DNA of 64,000 nucleotides from Eledone cirrhosa (taxonomy: Eukaryota). The first letter of the stretch is position 1. Every line of letters begins with the position of its first letter. The position numbers were made by a program, and so were the translations under genes. Shown here one piece after another: positions 1 to 12,660 of the stretch. The DNA lies in the NCBI GenBank assembly GCA_964016885.1, contig OZ024755.1, positions 21,018,001 through 21,082,000 on the forward strand, read 5' to 3'. Under the pieces are notes generated by a model that saw only the letters and a list, made by a program, of their open reading frames with translations, did not search any database and was not told the DNA's origin.

Positions 1-120
1 TCATTTGATTTGGCTTGTCTCACAACGGGATAACTCGTTTAACCCATGCTAGCATGGAAAAATGGATGTTAAATGGTGATGACGATGATGATATATTTGT
101 ACATTATATATATATATATA

Positions 121-221
121 TCCCGCCGAGGTTGACTTTGCCTTTCATCTTTACGGGGTCGATAAAATAAAGTACCAGTAATGCACTGGGTAATTGCTGG
201 CCTTGTGCCTAAAGTAGAAAC

Positions 222-225
<4 letters not shown>
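121..225 (+). mobile_element. SINE family A, 3' fragment embedded in (TA)n
   Basis: cccgccgaggttgactttgcctttcatc...gtcgataaaataaagtaccagt...ggccttgtgcctaaagtagaaac matches fuller copies at 10408 and 29432. Confidence 0.85.
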
Positions 226-280
<55 letters not shown>

Positions 281-1034
281 GGTGTGTGTAGGTGTGGGTG
301 TTGTATTTGTACATTTTGTGTGTGTGTGTTGTACTTGTACGTGTTGTGTGTGTTGTATTTGTACATGTGTGAACTGATATAGATTGAAAGAAAAATATTT
401 CAAAATTACAAAAACTATCTCTGTTGTCATTCAAGTAATTTAATTTCTATGAGAAACTAACATTTAAAAAAAAAAGTAATGATTTAAATAAATGGGTCAG
501 TGGAATTATTTTAATCCTAACTCTTATCTATTTGAAGTTAGCAGAGTCTATCATCTTGATTTCATAGATAGATACAATGATGAGGATGGTGTGGATGATA
601 ATGATGGTGTGGATGATGATGGAGATGATGATGATAATTGTAGCGGTGGTGGCAGCAGCAGTAGTAGCAGCAGCAGTGGTGGCACTGCTGTTGTTTTGTC
701 ACCATCTTTATCATTATCATCACCACTACCACCACCACCACTGCTACATATCTCTGTTATAAAAAAGAGATGGCCTCCATTTTAAATTGATATTGTTATT
801 TTTGGATACAGCATGGCTGAATGGTGAAGAGGTTCACTTTGCAATCATTAAGTCTCAGGTTCGATCTCACAGCATGCCATCTTCGTCAAGTGTCATTTAC
901 TATATGGCTTTGTTAGTAAAATTGGGTAGACTGAAACTGTTTGGAAGCCCATCAGATGGGCTGTTTCTATAATGTAAATGACCAGTCATGTCACACATTG
1001 TGTCATGCTGAATCTCCCTGAGAAGTATAAATAA

Positions 1035-1092
1035 ATTCTAGCTGTCTGATGAGGTCATAGCTGTTGTCACCGAAATATATATAACAGCGAAT
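1035..1092 (+). ncRNA. Type I hammerhead ribozyme motif (family E)
   Basis: attc-ta-gctgt CTGATGA ggt...acc GAAA TATATAT-A acagc-gaat. Stem I gctgt/acagc plus attc/gaat around a 2-nt bulge. Stem II closed by ggt/acc. Palindromic stem III ATATATAT. Predicted AUA cleavage after 1083. Confidence 0.75.
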
Positions 1093-1133
1093 ATTGTTGA
1101 CTTACATTCTTGTTTATATATATATATATGTAT

Positions 1134-1266
1134 AACAGACCTCAGATCATTGAAGCTCACGGTGGAGATGACGAGGGACCGTGACGAGTGGAGAGATGCT
1201 GTGCTGAATAAGACCCGTCCCACCCTTGCAAGCAGGGAAAAGCGAACGTAAAATGATGATGATGAT
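1134..1266 (+). mobile_element. 5'-truncated 3' end of RTE-clade LINE
   Basis: Near-identical to the reverse complement of the 3' end of the RTE at 31646-32300. Ends in a (GAT)n tail and is flanked by (TA)n. Confidence 0.9.
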
Positions 1267-1523
1267 ATATATATATATATATACCTTCTATCCTCCCATA
1301 CTGTAGATTATGTATTGCTTCAGTATTGCTTCAGGATTTCTAAGATGTTTTATATGTAAAAAAAGAAATTAAATTATTGAAAATATTTTTCATAATTTGA
1401 CGATAAATATTTTACCTTTAAATACAAAAGAATAACATTTGTAGATAATATTTTTTTTTTAATTTATTTTACCACTTGATCAATGTTTAATATTAACTTT
1501 TGTTTGTCTTCTTTTTTATTCAG

Positions 1524-1647
1524 ATAAACACTGCTCCTATAAATTCTGAGAGAAACAAAATGGATGGCTTTACTTTAGTTTCTTTAGCTTATCTTAATTG
1601 TCAGACATCTTGAAGAGTTATTTCATGGCAACCATGTCAGGTTTTAG
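1524..1647 (+). other. Candidate spliced exon (5' UTR, possibly with start codon M-A-T-M-S-G-F at 1625)
   Basis: Pyrimidine tract plus cag acceptor (1521-1523) and AG|gtaagt donor (1648). Stops occur in all frames before the ATG at 1625. No downstream exon identified. Confidence 0.4.
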
Positions 1648-1846
1648 GTAAGTTACAACCTCATTTCTATTGCTGAGAGTTTATTTGTTACTCAGTAATT
1701 TCAAATTTCACTTTTGAAAATATTCAGTACTTTGTTTTTTAAATGTTCAAATATTTCAGTAAATAACTTCTTTAAGCATTTGAACTTTGACACCTTGTCA
1801 TGTGTACAGTCTCAAACTATGGGCGTCCACATGAGAATCATTGGAA

Positions 1847-1891
<45 letters not shown>

Positions 1892-1974
1892 AATTAAATA
1901 TGAAAAAAAAAGTAGTTAATAAATGTATGAACTTGATATAAAAAACAAACAAACAAATAAGCCATTCACCAGTG

Positions 1975-2270
1975 CTGATATTATATGTCGTATAACTAAC
2001 TCTTGGAAGAAAGAGCTGGGCTTTCAACTCCGACCACACATAGATCTAGATCTGATATTATCTGTCAGTTATAACTCTTGGTAGATAGAGCTGGAGTCTG
2101 AACTCAGAACACATAAATCTAGATCTGGAACTATATGCCAGTTGTAACTCCTGGCAGAAAGAGCTGGCAGGGGTTTGAACTCAGAATACTCACAGATCTA
2201 AATCTGATAGTATAGGCCAGTTGTAACTTCTGGCTGAAAGAGGTGGGGTCTGAACAGATCCAGATCTGAT
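1975..2270. repeat. Degenerate ~70-bp tandem repeat containing SINE B-box-like segment
   Basis: About 4 units of gatctagatctga...taactcttgg..gaaagagctgg...tgaactcagaac. Confidence 0.7.
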
Positions 2271-3042
2271 ACCACAAAGCATCTTGTCTGACTCTTTAAC
2301 AATTCTGCCAATTCACAGCCCTGGAGACTGGCATTTTATTTATCAACCTCGACAAGAAGAAAGGCAAAGTTGATTTCAAAGCTCAGCAAGAAGGAAGATA
2401 TACTGAATCATTACATTTGATGCTGTAGTAACAACAAGCCCACCCTCATATATTTTCCTAGCCTTCCTCTGCTGCCCTCTTTAATCCTTTTTCACAGCTT
2501 CTGGCCCTTCCTATTTTTCTTTGGCCAAAGGTTGTCATCACTCTCTGAACCTAAAAACTACTCTCGATTAAGAGAAGTAGTTTTCTGTTGATCTCAACTT
2601 TGCCAAAAAATGTAGCAGGTCTACTAATCCTATGCCTAACCAAACCCTCTTCCCTAGTCCCCAACCTGGAGAACCCCAGATCTGTTGTTTAGCAGACTTT
2701 TACTGCCATGTAAACAGTCAGTATGTGTCATACTTTGTATATCTTGGATGGAGCCCTATATCTATATGGAGGAACCAATATCTTTTGACAAACATATGAC
2801 ACTGTCTTCTATATCCTAGTTGGAGTGCCGTAACTACATGGAGGAAACAACAGGGTTTCACAAAGATATGTCACTGTCGTGTTCTTTCATCACAACAGTA
2901 ACATATCTTCATTACGACAGTGACATCACTCAGTGATGGCAATAGCTTATAATGAATATATGGAGTGAAATAGATACACCGTTGACATACAAATTAATAT
3001 AAGTAGACACACTTTTGTCAGCTGTGGAGATATTGGATGCAA

Positions 3043-3450
3043 TGAGAGAGAGAAAGAGATACTGTGTGTGTGTGTGAGAGAGAAAGAGATACTGTGTGTG
3101 TGTGAGAGAGAGAAAGAGATACTGTGTGTGTGTGAGAGAGAGAAAGAGATACTGTGTGTGTGTGAGAGAGAGAAAGAGATACTGTGTGTGTGTGTGAGAG
3201 AGAAAGAGATACTGTGTGTGTGTGAGAGAGAGAAAGAGATACTGTGTGTGTGTGAGAGAGAGAAAGAGATACTGTGTGTGTGTGAGAGAGAGAAAGAGAT
3301 ACTGTGTGTGTGTGTGAGAGAGAAAGAGATACTGTGTGTGTGTGAGAGAGAGAAAGAGATACTGTGTGTGTGTGAGAGAGAGAAAGAGATACTGTGTGTG
3401 TGTGAGAGAGAGAAAGAGATACTGTGTGTGTGTGAGAGAGAGAAAGAGAG
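3043..3450. repeat. 30-bp minisatellite (GA)n-aagagatac-(TG)n
   Basis: About 13 near-perfect copies of gagagagagaaagagatactgtgtgtgtgt. Confidence 0.95.
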
Positions 3451-3624
3451 TGAGATTGTGTGTGATGTTAGTAGTAACAAATAGGACATGATGTACAATG
3501 TGTGTAAGAATCTTAGTTATTTTCTCCTAATGGAGAAAGATGAAAACTTAGTTGTGTGTGTGCCTGCCTGTCTGTCTCCCCACATCACAGCAACAACTAG
3601 CTGTGCTCTCCCATTTCACATACA

Positions 3625-3970
3625 TCTTCATCATCATCCCCGGGAAAGTCCATTGTTGGAGACAGGTCTTCCCTGAGTTGCACCATCTTTGCAGATTCTG
3701 AGCCATTCAAGGCCAAAATCTTTCAATTTTCTCAGGGGTTCTCTTGTCACCTGGTCTTCTGATAGCCTCAGCTTTTTGTGTGACCTCGTAGAGGCCAGAA
3801 AGTGATGTAGGTGGTCTATCTGTTGTCAGTCATTCTGGCAATGTGTCCTGCCTGCTTTTATTTTGGTTTACTAATGATTTCTAGGATGTTGCAAACTTTT
3901 GTTTTTCACATGCATAGTCAGCATTATTTCCAACCATTATGCCAAGTATTTTTGCTAGTCTTATGTTAAG
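3625..3970 (-). mobile_element. Degenerate RTE-like LINE 3' fragment
   Basis: Has a (CAT)n end, and the minus strand shows RTE C-terminal-like remnants. Confidence 0.5.
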
Positions 3971-3971
3971 T

Positions 3972-4230
3972 GTGGAGGCACGAGGCCTAATGGTAAGGGT
4001 GTTGGATCATAATGTCATGGGTTCAATTCCTGGACTGGATTGTGTGTTGTGTTCTTGAGCAAAACACTTCATTTCACGTTGCTCCTGTATACATAGCTGA
4101 AAATGAGTACCAGCAATAACTGGGGGTTTTACACTGCGATTGACTGACATCTTGTCCTGGCTGGGGATTTTGTACTCTCAGTTGCTTCATGTCACAAAAC
4201 TGGGATAAACACCAGTCTGACAAGCCACTA
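3972..4230 (+). mobile_element. tRNA-derived SINE family B (CORE-like domain)
   Basis: A-box-like ggcctaatgg, B-box ggttcaattcc, and central ttcttgagcaaaacact...ttcacgttgctcc. Confidence 0.8.
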
Positions 4231-4807
4231 TGTTAAATGGTTTCTGATTTAGCCACAAGGCCAGCAATTTTGGGGCAGGGGGAAGTCAATTCAATCAGCC
4301 CAGTGCATTATTGGTACTTTATTTTATAGACCTTGTAAGGATGAAAGGCAAAGCTAACCACAGCAGGATTTGAACTCAGAACGTAAAGGGCCACAACTCT
4401 ATGCTAGAAAGCATCAATCCACCTTGATTTTAGCATTTGCTTCTAAGTTTGGAATTTCTTCTGGAATTCTTTGACAGATTCAGTTATGAAAACTAGGTCA
4501 GTGGCCTAGATAAACTCCTTTGGCCAACTGATCTTAATCTTATCAAATCTTATATAAATTATTGGCCTCATTCTTTGGTTACGATCATCTGCTTACTATT
4601 AGATGATCTAGTGTAGTGTTAGAGTGCACTTGTACTCTTAATCTAATCTTGAAGTCAACTCAGTTTCATAAAACTATGTAACGAGGCTGAAGTGTTTCAA
4701 AGAAAATGAGACAGCATTTCTATCAGGATCAAACATTTTCAGCTGGCTGCTGCTAACTGAATGCTTGAGATCTTTGCAATCTGCTGACTGACCTCTATAA
4801 ACTCTGA

Positions 4808-5200
4808 GGTAGGTAGATAGGTAGGTGGGTTGGTGGGTGTTTAGGTAAGTAGGTAAATACGTGGGTAGGTCAGTACGTAGGTGGATAGGTAGATAGGTAG
4901 ATATCTTGTGGCTACTAACTGACTTCTACAGATTGTGAGGTAGGTAGGTGGGTAGGCAGGTAGAATGGTAGGAAGATAGGTAGCTAGCTAGAAATGTAAA
5001 TAGGAAGATAGATAGGTTAGTAGGTAGGTAGATATTTTGTTGCTACTAACTGACTTCTATAGATTATGAGGTAGGTAGGTTTAGGTATGTAGGTGGGTAG
5101 ATACGTAGGTAGATAGATAGATATATAGGTAGGTAGGTATATCGGAAAATAGATAGGTGGGTGGGTTAGTAGTTAGGTAGGTATGAAGGTAGGTAGGTAG
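4808..5200. repeat. (GGTA)n-rich compound repeat
   Basis: Imperfect GGTA/GATA runs separated by repeated gctactaactgacttcta spacers. Confidence 0.85.
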
Positions 5201-5475
5201 TTCACAAATGAGAATCAATTCAAACATATTTCGTTCCCAGATTTTAAATGAAATATACTGCCTATAATTTTCAATTAATATTAAAAATAAGAATTTTGGG
5301 GATATAGTGAAATAACTAGTCTCTTCATTTTAAACCCTTTCTTGATTGTATTTCTAAAGAAGAATTTTGATGGATTTACTAAAATTATTTATTATCTCAG
5401 TATTAAGATAGTAACCTAAACATATGGTTCTTATAAAAATTATGTTGGAAGATTTTTTATTTAATTAGGAACTCT

Positions 5476-5691
5476 TTAACCCTTTAGCATTTAAACCGGC
5501 CATATCTGGCCAGAATTCTCTCACCTCTTTCTATTCAAACCAGCTGTAATGGGTCACTCATACTAATGTTAAAGTATTGTTCTCAAAATAAATAATATTT
5601 AATAATAATAGATTTGATATTATGTGAGATAAAGTTTTTACCATGAAAATGTAATAGTAAATGTAGAATAATGTAAATGTTAGAGGGTTAA
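5476..5691 (+). mobile_element. piggyBac-like MITE (family P1), nested in a P2-like element
   Basis: TTAA-ccctttagcattta ... taaatgttagaggg-TTAA. Confidence 0.8.
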
Positions 5692-5832
5692 AATGGGTAG
5701 TTTTGTTTCATAGAACCAGAGCTGATTTTAGCTGGGCTAGGCTGTTACCAAAAAGGGTTAAGATGGTGTTTGAAATATAACTTAAGAAAATTTTCTTACA
5801 TGAAATCATGACAGAAATTAAAAATTTAAATA

Positions 5833-6240
5833 TCATCATCATCATCATCATCACCGTTTTACGTCCGTTCTTCCACGCTAGCATGGGTTAGACGGGTTGT
5901 CCTGTTGTGGGCAGTGTCTGGTCGGCTGACCATGCCTTGCTCATACAGGAACTGATCTGGCTTGATTTCTACAGCTGGATGCCCTTCCTAACACCAACCT
6001 CATTTACAGTGAGTGCTGGGTGCTTTTTCGTGGCGCCTACACGTCCACTTTACAGTGTGGGCTGGGTGCTTTTTTGCCGTGGCACCTCCACGGCCACCTT
6101 GCGGTGGGGGGGGGGGGCATATTGTTTATATGCTTCAGCATGTACCCATGGGAGGTCGGGTACCCTGTATTACTGCGTGACGCCAGAAGTCACGGTCGTG
6201 TGTCATTGACTTTGAGAGGTGTAGTTGGGTAAGGTCGGCT
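5833..6240 (-). mobile_element. Non-autonomous retroposon with RTE-type 3' tail
   Basis: (CAT)n-cgttttacgtccg...ccacgctagcatggg tail and ggatgcccttcctaacaccaacc body. Related copies at 24430-24645, 34735-34905, 47445-47660 and 51860-52079. Confidence 0.8.
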
Positions 6241-6954
6241 TTTATCACAAAATATGAACATTTTAAAACAAATAGCTTTGTGTCATAGAACCAGGGATTG
6301 TTGCTACTAGTTTGGTACCAAAAGGGTCAAATACTTATACTGGGTATTTTCGTATTTCATTTGATATCCAGCCAAGTGATTTTTTATGCTGGGTAACGGA
6401 TGTTAGATGGAGCCAAATCAAGAGAATAGGGAGGGTCATCAACCAGTTCAATGTCACAGTCACACACATCAGCCATTGAAACGAAGGACTTGTGTGTTGG
6501 AGCATTGTCAATATACACTATAGTTGGGTATAATGGTATTTCATTTAAAATATTTCCAAGGAGCTCAGTGTATCCCGTTCAAGAATTACAGGGTTAGAGT
6601 ATGAAATGACCATAAGTTTGGTGTAGCAGACAACAAAGTAAGTGGGAATGGAGGCAAGACGAAGTGTGAGTGTGAATAACCATCACGTGACCGCATTAGC
6701 AGCCGACAGTGAGAGGAAGTGGGAGGCAAGACGAAGTGGGAGTGGGAATAAACATCACGTGACCGAACTAGCAGACATGTGTAAAGTTTTTTCTCTCAAA
6801 TAATTGTAAAATAAAACAATAATACTGAACAAGAAAAATAACAAAGAATAACAAAAGAAGCCATTTAAACCTTTTATTTTTAATTTGTTTTTCCTGCTCG
6901 ATTATCAAGGGATTACTATATTAACAATAAAACAAATCTGAACAGTATATACAG

Positions 6955-6974
<20 letters not shown>

Positions 6975-6988
<14 letters not shown>

Positions 6989-7895
6989 AATTGTCTGTGT
7001 GTGTCCTAATTTTTGCAAAGTCTATACAAATCCACATTTCTACTCCGATTGACTTCAAACTTGCATTTATATATTCCTTGCGGTCTAAAGATATTTTACT
7101 GCAGATTTTATTTTTCAATTTTCTGTTGTTAAAGGGGTGTTAGGCGCCAGTTATCGATCTCTCTGTCTTTCTTAGTCTGTCTTTTTAGATAGATACATAG
7201 CTATAACGTCCCGCCCTTATAATATGTCTATGTCTGCATTACAACATTATGACAAACATTGTTCTCATTGATGACATATTTTCTTCGCTATTTTCCGTTC
7301 ATTGCCAGGGAACGTCTTCATGAACCAAAGTATCGTCTTCCTGTTTTCCTTCGGTTGCAACATTTTTCGAAATATTTACTTCTGCGTTCACAGATTGATT
7401 TTTTTTAGTTTCAGAAGATCCCGTAAGGGTGAAAGCACACATTGTAAGCAATGTCAATGTTACTGCTGCTACATAGGGCTCCCATTACCGCTGAACTTTC
7501 ACCTTTACGTTCTGCATTTCCATCCGCAGTCCAACATGGAATGGTCTTCATAGTAGTCAGTTTATTGAGGGAGAAATAGAAGGGTCTCGAATTTGCTGTC
7601 CAAAAAACCCATTGACAATAACCGCTAACATCAACACAGAATGATACATTGTAGGTTGCTTTAACCCGTCTTTTATTAATCAAAAAACTTATTGCCAATA
7701 AACATTAACCCTTTGTGCACTATTCATCTAACTGTAGACCAACAAATACCAACTAAACGGAGCATTGACAAGAACAATGGCGAATGAATCTTTGAGGTAA
7801 GCAGTTTCCTCCTGAGCTTTTAGTTCACGCGGGATTCTCTGCTACACCTTTTCATAATAATACCGAACAACGTTCTCTGTTTTAGTAATATAGAT
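6975..7895. mobile_element. Possible Helitron-like non-autonomous fragments (two opposed 5' ends)
   Basis: tatataaactgaaattgtctgtgtgtg start on plus and atctatattactaaa start on minus (7895) resemble Helitron/HINE 5' termini. No 3' hairpin-CTAG confirmed. Confidence 0.4.
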
Positions 7896-8035
7896 TATCA
7901 TCATCATCATTGATTAACGTCCATCTTCCACGCTAGCATGGCTTAGACGGGTCCCATTTAGAGGCAAGTTGTGTCAGGTGACCATCTCGCTCATATAGAG
8001 GTGTTTCTGGCTGGTTTTCTACGGCTGGATGTCCT

Positions 8036-8085
<50 letters not shown>

Positions 8086-8087
<2 letters not shown>

Positions 8088-8494
8088 AGATAAATCTACC
8101 AAAATATAAGGTAGTGTCCAATCCGTATGAAGAACTCAATGTAATCCAAATATCATGAAAAGAGAAGAAGCATTCAAAAATTTTCGATAAAAATCATAGG
8201 AAAACAGAGTCAAGATAAATTAATAAAAACAACGAAATAAAAACAAAGAACAAGTTCCTTATATTAAAAAATTCATCATTTTACGATCGTTTCTGGGATG
8301 TATATGTGTGTTGGTATATATATCATTTCTGAGGACGGCATGTATATGTGAAGGTATGTATATTTCCTCTGATAATTTGTAATATTTTTACATAGATCTA
8401 TATGATACACACACATACATCCCAGAAACGATCGCAAAATGAATTTTTTAATATAAGGAACTTGTTCTTTGTTTTTATTTCATTGTTTTTATTA

Positions 8495-8500
<6 letters not shown>
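8086..8500 (-). mobile_element. Penelope-like/retrozyme-like terminus, family B, with inverted duplication
   Basis: Inverted arms 8215-8310 and ~8410-8500, HHR core on plus, 3' tail 8086-8215 on minus, (TA)n on both sides. Confidence 0.7.
8323..8442 (+). ncRNA. Long-stem-II hammerhead (family B), probably inactive copy
   Basis: tcattt CTGAGGA ... GAAACGATCG-C-A aaatga. The conserved U16.1 is C in this copy. Confidence 0.65.
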
Positions 8501-8561
<61 letters not shown>

Positions 8562-8562
<1 letters not shown>

Positions 8563-8698
8563 GTTATTCCGGGTTGAATCGGAGGTAACCACAGTAAGTA
8601 AGGTACTCAATACATAGCAGAGTATAACAGTTTTAATATAGATGAGATTCTACAGGACTAGAACTGTTTCATTCATTAGAAATCATCAGGAATCTCAT
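8562..8698 (-). mobile_element. Family A element: HHR plus 3' tail between (TA)n tracts
   Basis: Reverse complement of 35526-35660, flanked by TA repeats. Confidence 0.75.
8642..8698 (-). ncRNA. Type I hammerhead ribozyme (family A)
   Basis: Minus strand: atgagattc CTGATGA t-ttc-taat-gaa-t GAA ACAG ttctagtc CTGT-A gaatctcat. Perfect 9-bp stem I, 4-bp stem III, GUA triplet. Confidence 0.85.
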
Positions 8699-8860
8699 AT
8701 ATATATATATTCATTCCACTTTGAAAGTTCATTGTAACTACATATCTAAGTAGTTGGATGCGAATTAATTTTGATAAAAATAATGAAATAATCAAAAATT
8801 AGCGGTCCAAGACTTTGGATTATGGTGTTTTTTTATATTTTTCTAATTTTTTAGTAATTT

Positions 8861-8927
<67 letters not shown>

Positions 8928-9097
8928 AAGTTGATAAAACAACAGATATTTATTTAAAGTTCGAATGTGGTTTATTATATATCCAGAATAGCGAGAGCTA
9001 TTGGTATACTTCCAGTCATCTTAAATTTAAATCATAGAACATATATGGTTTGGCTACATATACGAATACGACTAGTTGGTGGCTACACGCACACACG

Positions 9098-9250
9098 TGG
9101 AAGATTCGAAACCTTGACGGCTGAGCTCCTGCCATTTCAACAGCTGTTGAAACAGCAGGGGCTCAGCCGTCGGGATCCCGAATCTTCCATATTACCCCAA
9201 GTATCGAGTACTCTGATGAATAATGGTCTAACTGGTTTTTACTACATCCA
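9098..9250 (+). mobile_element. Family C-related fold-back palindrome (9098-9189) plus 3' tail
   Basis: tggaagattcg...ttcaacag|ctgttgaa...cgaatcttcca. Contains a GAAAC...GTC 3' half-hammerhead and a gtatcgagtac tail motif. Confidence 0.65.
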
Positions 9251-9284
9251 TTGCAAGCAGGGAAAAGCGGACGTAAAATGATGA

Positions 9285-9338
<54 letters not shown>

Positions 9339-9341
<3 letters not shown>

Positions 9342-9530
9342 GATAAATCTACCAAGAGTTTACGGTAGTGTCCAATCCGTATGAAGAACTCAATGTAATC
9401 CGGATATCATGGAAAGAAGAGATGCAATGAAAAATCACTTTCGGTGAAAGATAAACGGAATACAGAGTCAAGATAAAATATTTAAAAAATAATGAATAAA
9501 ACAATGAAACAGTTCCTTATATTAAACAAA
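9339..9530 (-). mobile_element. Diverged family B 3' tail
   Basis: gtagataaatctacc...ggtagtgtccaatccgtatgaagaactcaatgtaatcc matches 8086-8260 and abuts (TA)n. Confidence 0.75.
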
Positions 9531-10407
9531 AAAAGTTATATATATTAAACAAAAAAGTATATATATATATGAGAGAGAGCCGTTTTATTTTGAAATAAAA
9601 GAAATTTACAATTCATCAACGTTTGCAAAAAAAAAAAGGAACGAGAAACTAACGAAAAACAGAAAAAGGGAATAATGTTAAAAAGGGAAGGTAAAGGAAA
9701 TGGAGGTGGAACCAGCAAACTTTACACCCTGGTCTGAGGTTATAAATAAGAGCAGGACTATTTCTTGTTATACTAGTCGGTGATGAGTTACCTCCCTTAG
9801 ATAAAGAAGCTGAGAATTACTTAGGTTGTTAGCAACACTAGTTAATAATTGTTAATAGTTTCAATATTATGTTATGTTTTTAATATAAGGTAAACAATGA
9901 AAGAAGTAAATACAAACGTGAGGAGATATTAATAAATAATGTCAACCAGCCAAGACCTGATGAAATTAACAAGGGAGCCTGTTGTGGTTACTTCTTACTT
10001 CGGCAAAGAGGCGAGAGAAAAAAAGTTGGTCCTTATATCTACTGTAGTCAAAATACGACCCACAAGTTACCCCATGTTTCTATCTACTCCAGGGACCTTT
10101 ACTGCACATTTCCGTATTGCGCTGTAACAGTTTCAGTGCATATCGAACAAACTTTCTTTTGGTGATGGAGTCGTCTTGTCAAAAGTAATTAAATAATTAA
10201 ATACACAATAAAACACTGGTTTTAATTGTTGCTGCTGCTGTTGTTTAGACCCTGGTTAGCTTCTGTGGTCAAATATGTTCCAGCTCTATCTTGTTATTTT
10301 TAGGGCTATCTTGGTATATATTGTATCCAATATGTCCCAAGTTTGTATTATTCAAAGGGCTTACTTGTGTGATGCCAAGTCCCGCAGGGATTAGGAACCC
10401 ATCATTA

Positions 10408-10590
10408 TATTGGTAGTATCGGTAGAGGGTCGGACGCCATGCTTTCCAGCATAGTTACGTCCCTTTACGATCTGAGTTCAAATCCCGCTGAGGTTGACTT
10501 TGCCTTTCATCCTTACGGGGTCGATAAAATAAAGTACCAGTAATGCACTGGGTAATTGCTGGCCTTGTGCCTAAAGTAGAAACAATTATT
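10408..10590 (+). mobile_element. tRNA-derived SINE family A
   Basis: A-box-like tggtagtatcgg, B-box gagttcaaatccc and conserved body. Many further copies, e.g. 4240-4420, 10905-11015, 12130-12310, 28245-28632, 50455-51030, 52605-52800. Confidence 0.85.
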
Positions 10591-12324
10591 TTATTTTTAT
10601 TTTTTTTGTAGTGGGCCGGGGGTTGGGTGAAAGATTGGATTGGAGTGCGAGAAAGGGCTCGAAATGCCTGATAGTTTAAGTGTCTTTTTCTTTTTTTTAA
10701 GATGGTAGGGCATGATTTGGCGGGTGGGGAGGTGAAGAGAAAAGAGAGATTTAGTTGCTATTTCTAGCAAACAGTTAGACCACGTAGAGGCCGCTATATA
10801 TGGTAACCAACTACGTGCTGAAATGTCAGTAGACATTTGGTGATATACTAAAAAAAAAAAGTCTTGACATAGCTCCATTACTTCATTAATAATAAAGATA
10901 ATTGTTTCTACTTTAGGCACAGGCCAGCAATAACCCAGTGCATTACTGGTACTTTATTTTATCGACCCTGTAAGGATGAAAGGCAAAGTCAACCTCGGCG
11001 GAATTTGAACTCAATAATAATAAAGATAATAACACTTTCTTATATTGGTACAAGGCTACAGATGTATGAAGTAGAAAGGTGTTAAGTCAGTCAGGTAAAG
11101 TTGATTAAATCAACAGGTTATAAGAGTGACTTTTAAAAATAAACCATGTCATCCCATTGTGTGGAGAAAGTAATGTTAAGTATCTGCTTCAAAGATTTAT
11201 AAAAAGGTTTAAGTGTAAACTTATGACCTCACAGATAAGCAAACTGTAATTTTTTTTTTTACCTGCTTATTAATATCAGTTGTAATAATAAAGCTGTGAT
11301 TTACTCTACTAATTATTCTATTAATGTATTACTTTAACCCTTTCCTGGCTAGTTTTAATGATTGGAACGTTTATGTTATGCCTTTCAATTAATTTTTCAT
11401 ATAATCACAATTTTGTAAAAATGTTATTATTTAGTAATATATTTGTTTATTTTATATGTCAATTTGTGAACATTAGCGTCGTTAATTACAGCTGAACAAT
11501 AGCGTCGGTAATTATAGGTGTCTAACTAGAGAATTACCGGTTTCTTCACTACATTTACTGATAACAATAGTGAAAAGAAAGGGTCACCAGGATTTGGGGT
11601 TTCTCATCCATATCTATACCATTCACTATTATGTACACACATACTCTCTCACACACATACACACATTCTCTCACATACACACACAGATACTCCCTCATAC
11701 ACATACACAATCTCTCTCTCTCACACACACACTTTCTCTCTCTCACACACACACACTTTCTCTCTCTCTCACACACACACACACATACTTTCTCTCACAC
11801 AGTCACACTCACACACACCTCTCTTTCTAACTCACCCTGAACTCAGAATGTAATAAAGTTGAAACAAATACCAATAGCCATTTTATCCCATCTATGCTCT
11901 AATGATTCTGCCAATCTGTCTCCATCATATAATAATAATAATAATAATTTCTGATTTAGGCATAAAGACAACAGTAGGAGGGGAAAGTCAATTAAATTGA
12001 CACCAATACCTTACTGTTACATCAGAAGGATGAAAAGCAAAATTGACCTCAGTGGGATTTGAACTCAGTGAAAATTGAAAAAGTTGACATGGGATTGGCT
12101 GAAGAGGAAATATAATAATAATAATAATAATATTTCTACTTTTGGCACAAGGCCAGCAATTACCCCAGTGCATTACTGGTGCTTTATTTTATCGACCCCG
12201 TAAGGATGAAAGGCAAAGTTAACCTTGGTGGATTTGAGCTGAGAACATAAAGGGCCATAATTCTAAGCTGCAAAGCATGGTGTCTGATACTCTACTGATA
12301 CTGCCAAATCATAATAATAATAGG

Positions 12325-12660
12325 AGTTTCTTTATTAACCACACAGGGCTTACATTAAAAGGACAATAAGGATGATACAGGACAGTACAGTGTGGGATTT
12401 TTGTGTGAAGGAAAATTTTATAAAGAAGACTAATTCGCCAAAAGGGAGGATACCTCTGAGGGTCACTCATGAAGAAAGCCCACAAAAAGCCATGGTAATC
12501 TTGACCACTAGGGCAAGCGCCCTCACCTTGTCCTCCAATTTGCAGGCGCAGACTCAGAGCAAGCCCATCCACTTGGGCCATGCTCAACTCACTCACCCAC
12601 CTTTCAACAAACTGGTTGAAAAGCAGCACTTCTCTCTCCACCTTCATTTATCTCTTCAAG
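12325..12660 (-). mobile_element. LINE 3' end, probably L1/Tx1 clade
   Basis: Homologous to 28635-28975. Minus strand reads FVERWVS...AQVDG-like C-terminus followed by 3' UTR. Confidence 0.55.

Noticed and set aside
9213-9280. CTGATGA in family C tail (similar isolated words at ~12099, 22704, 50170, 53203)
   Set aside because: No appropriately placed GAAA or stems.
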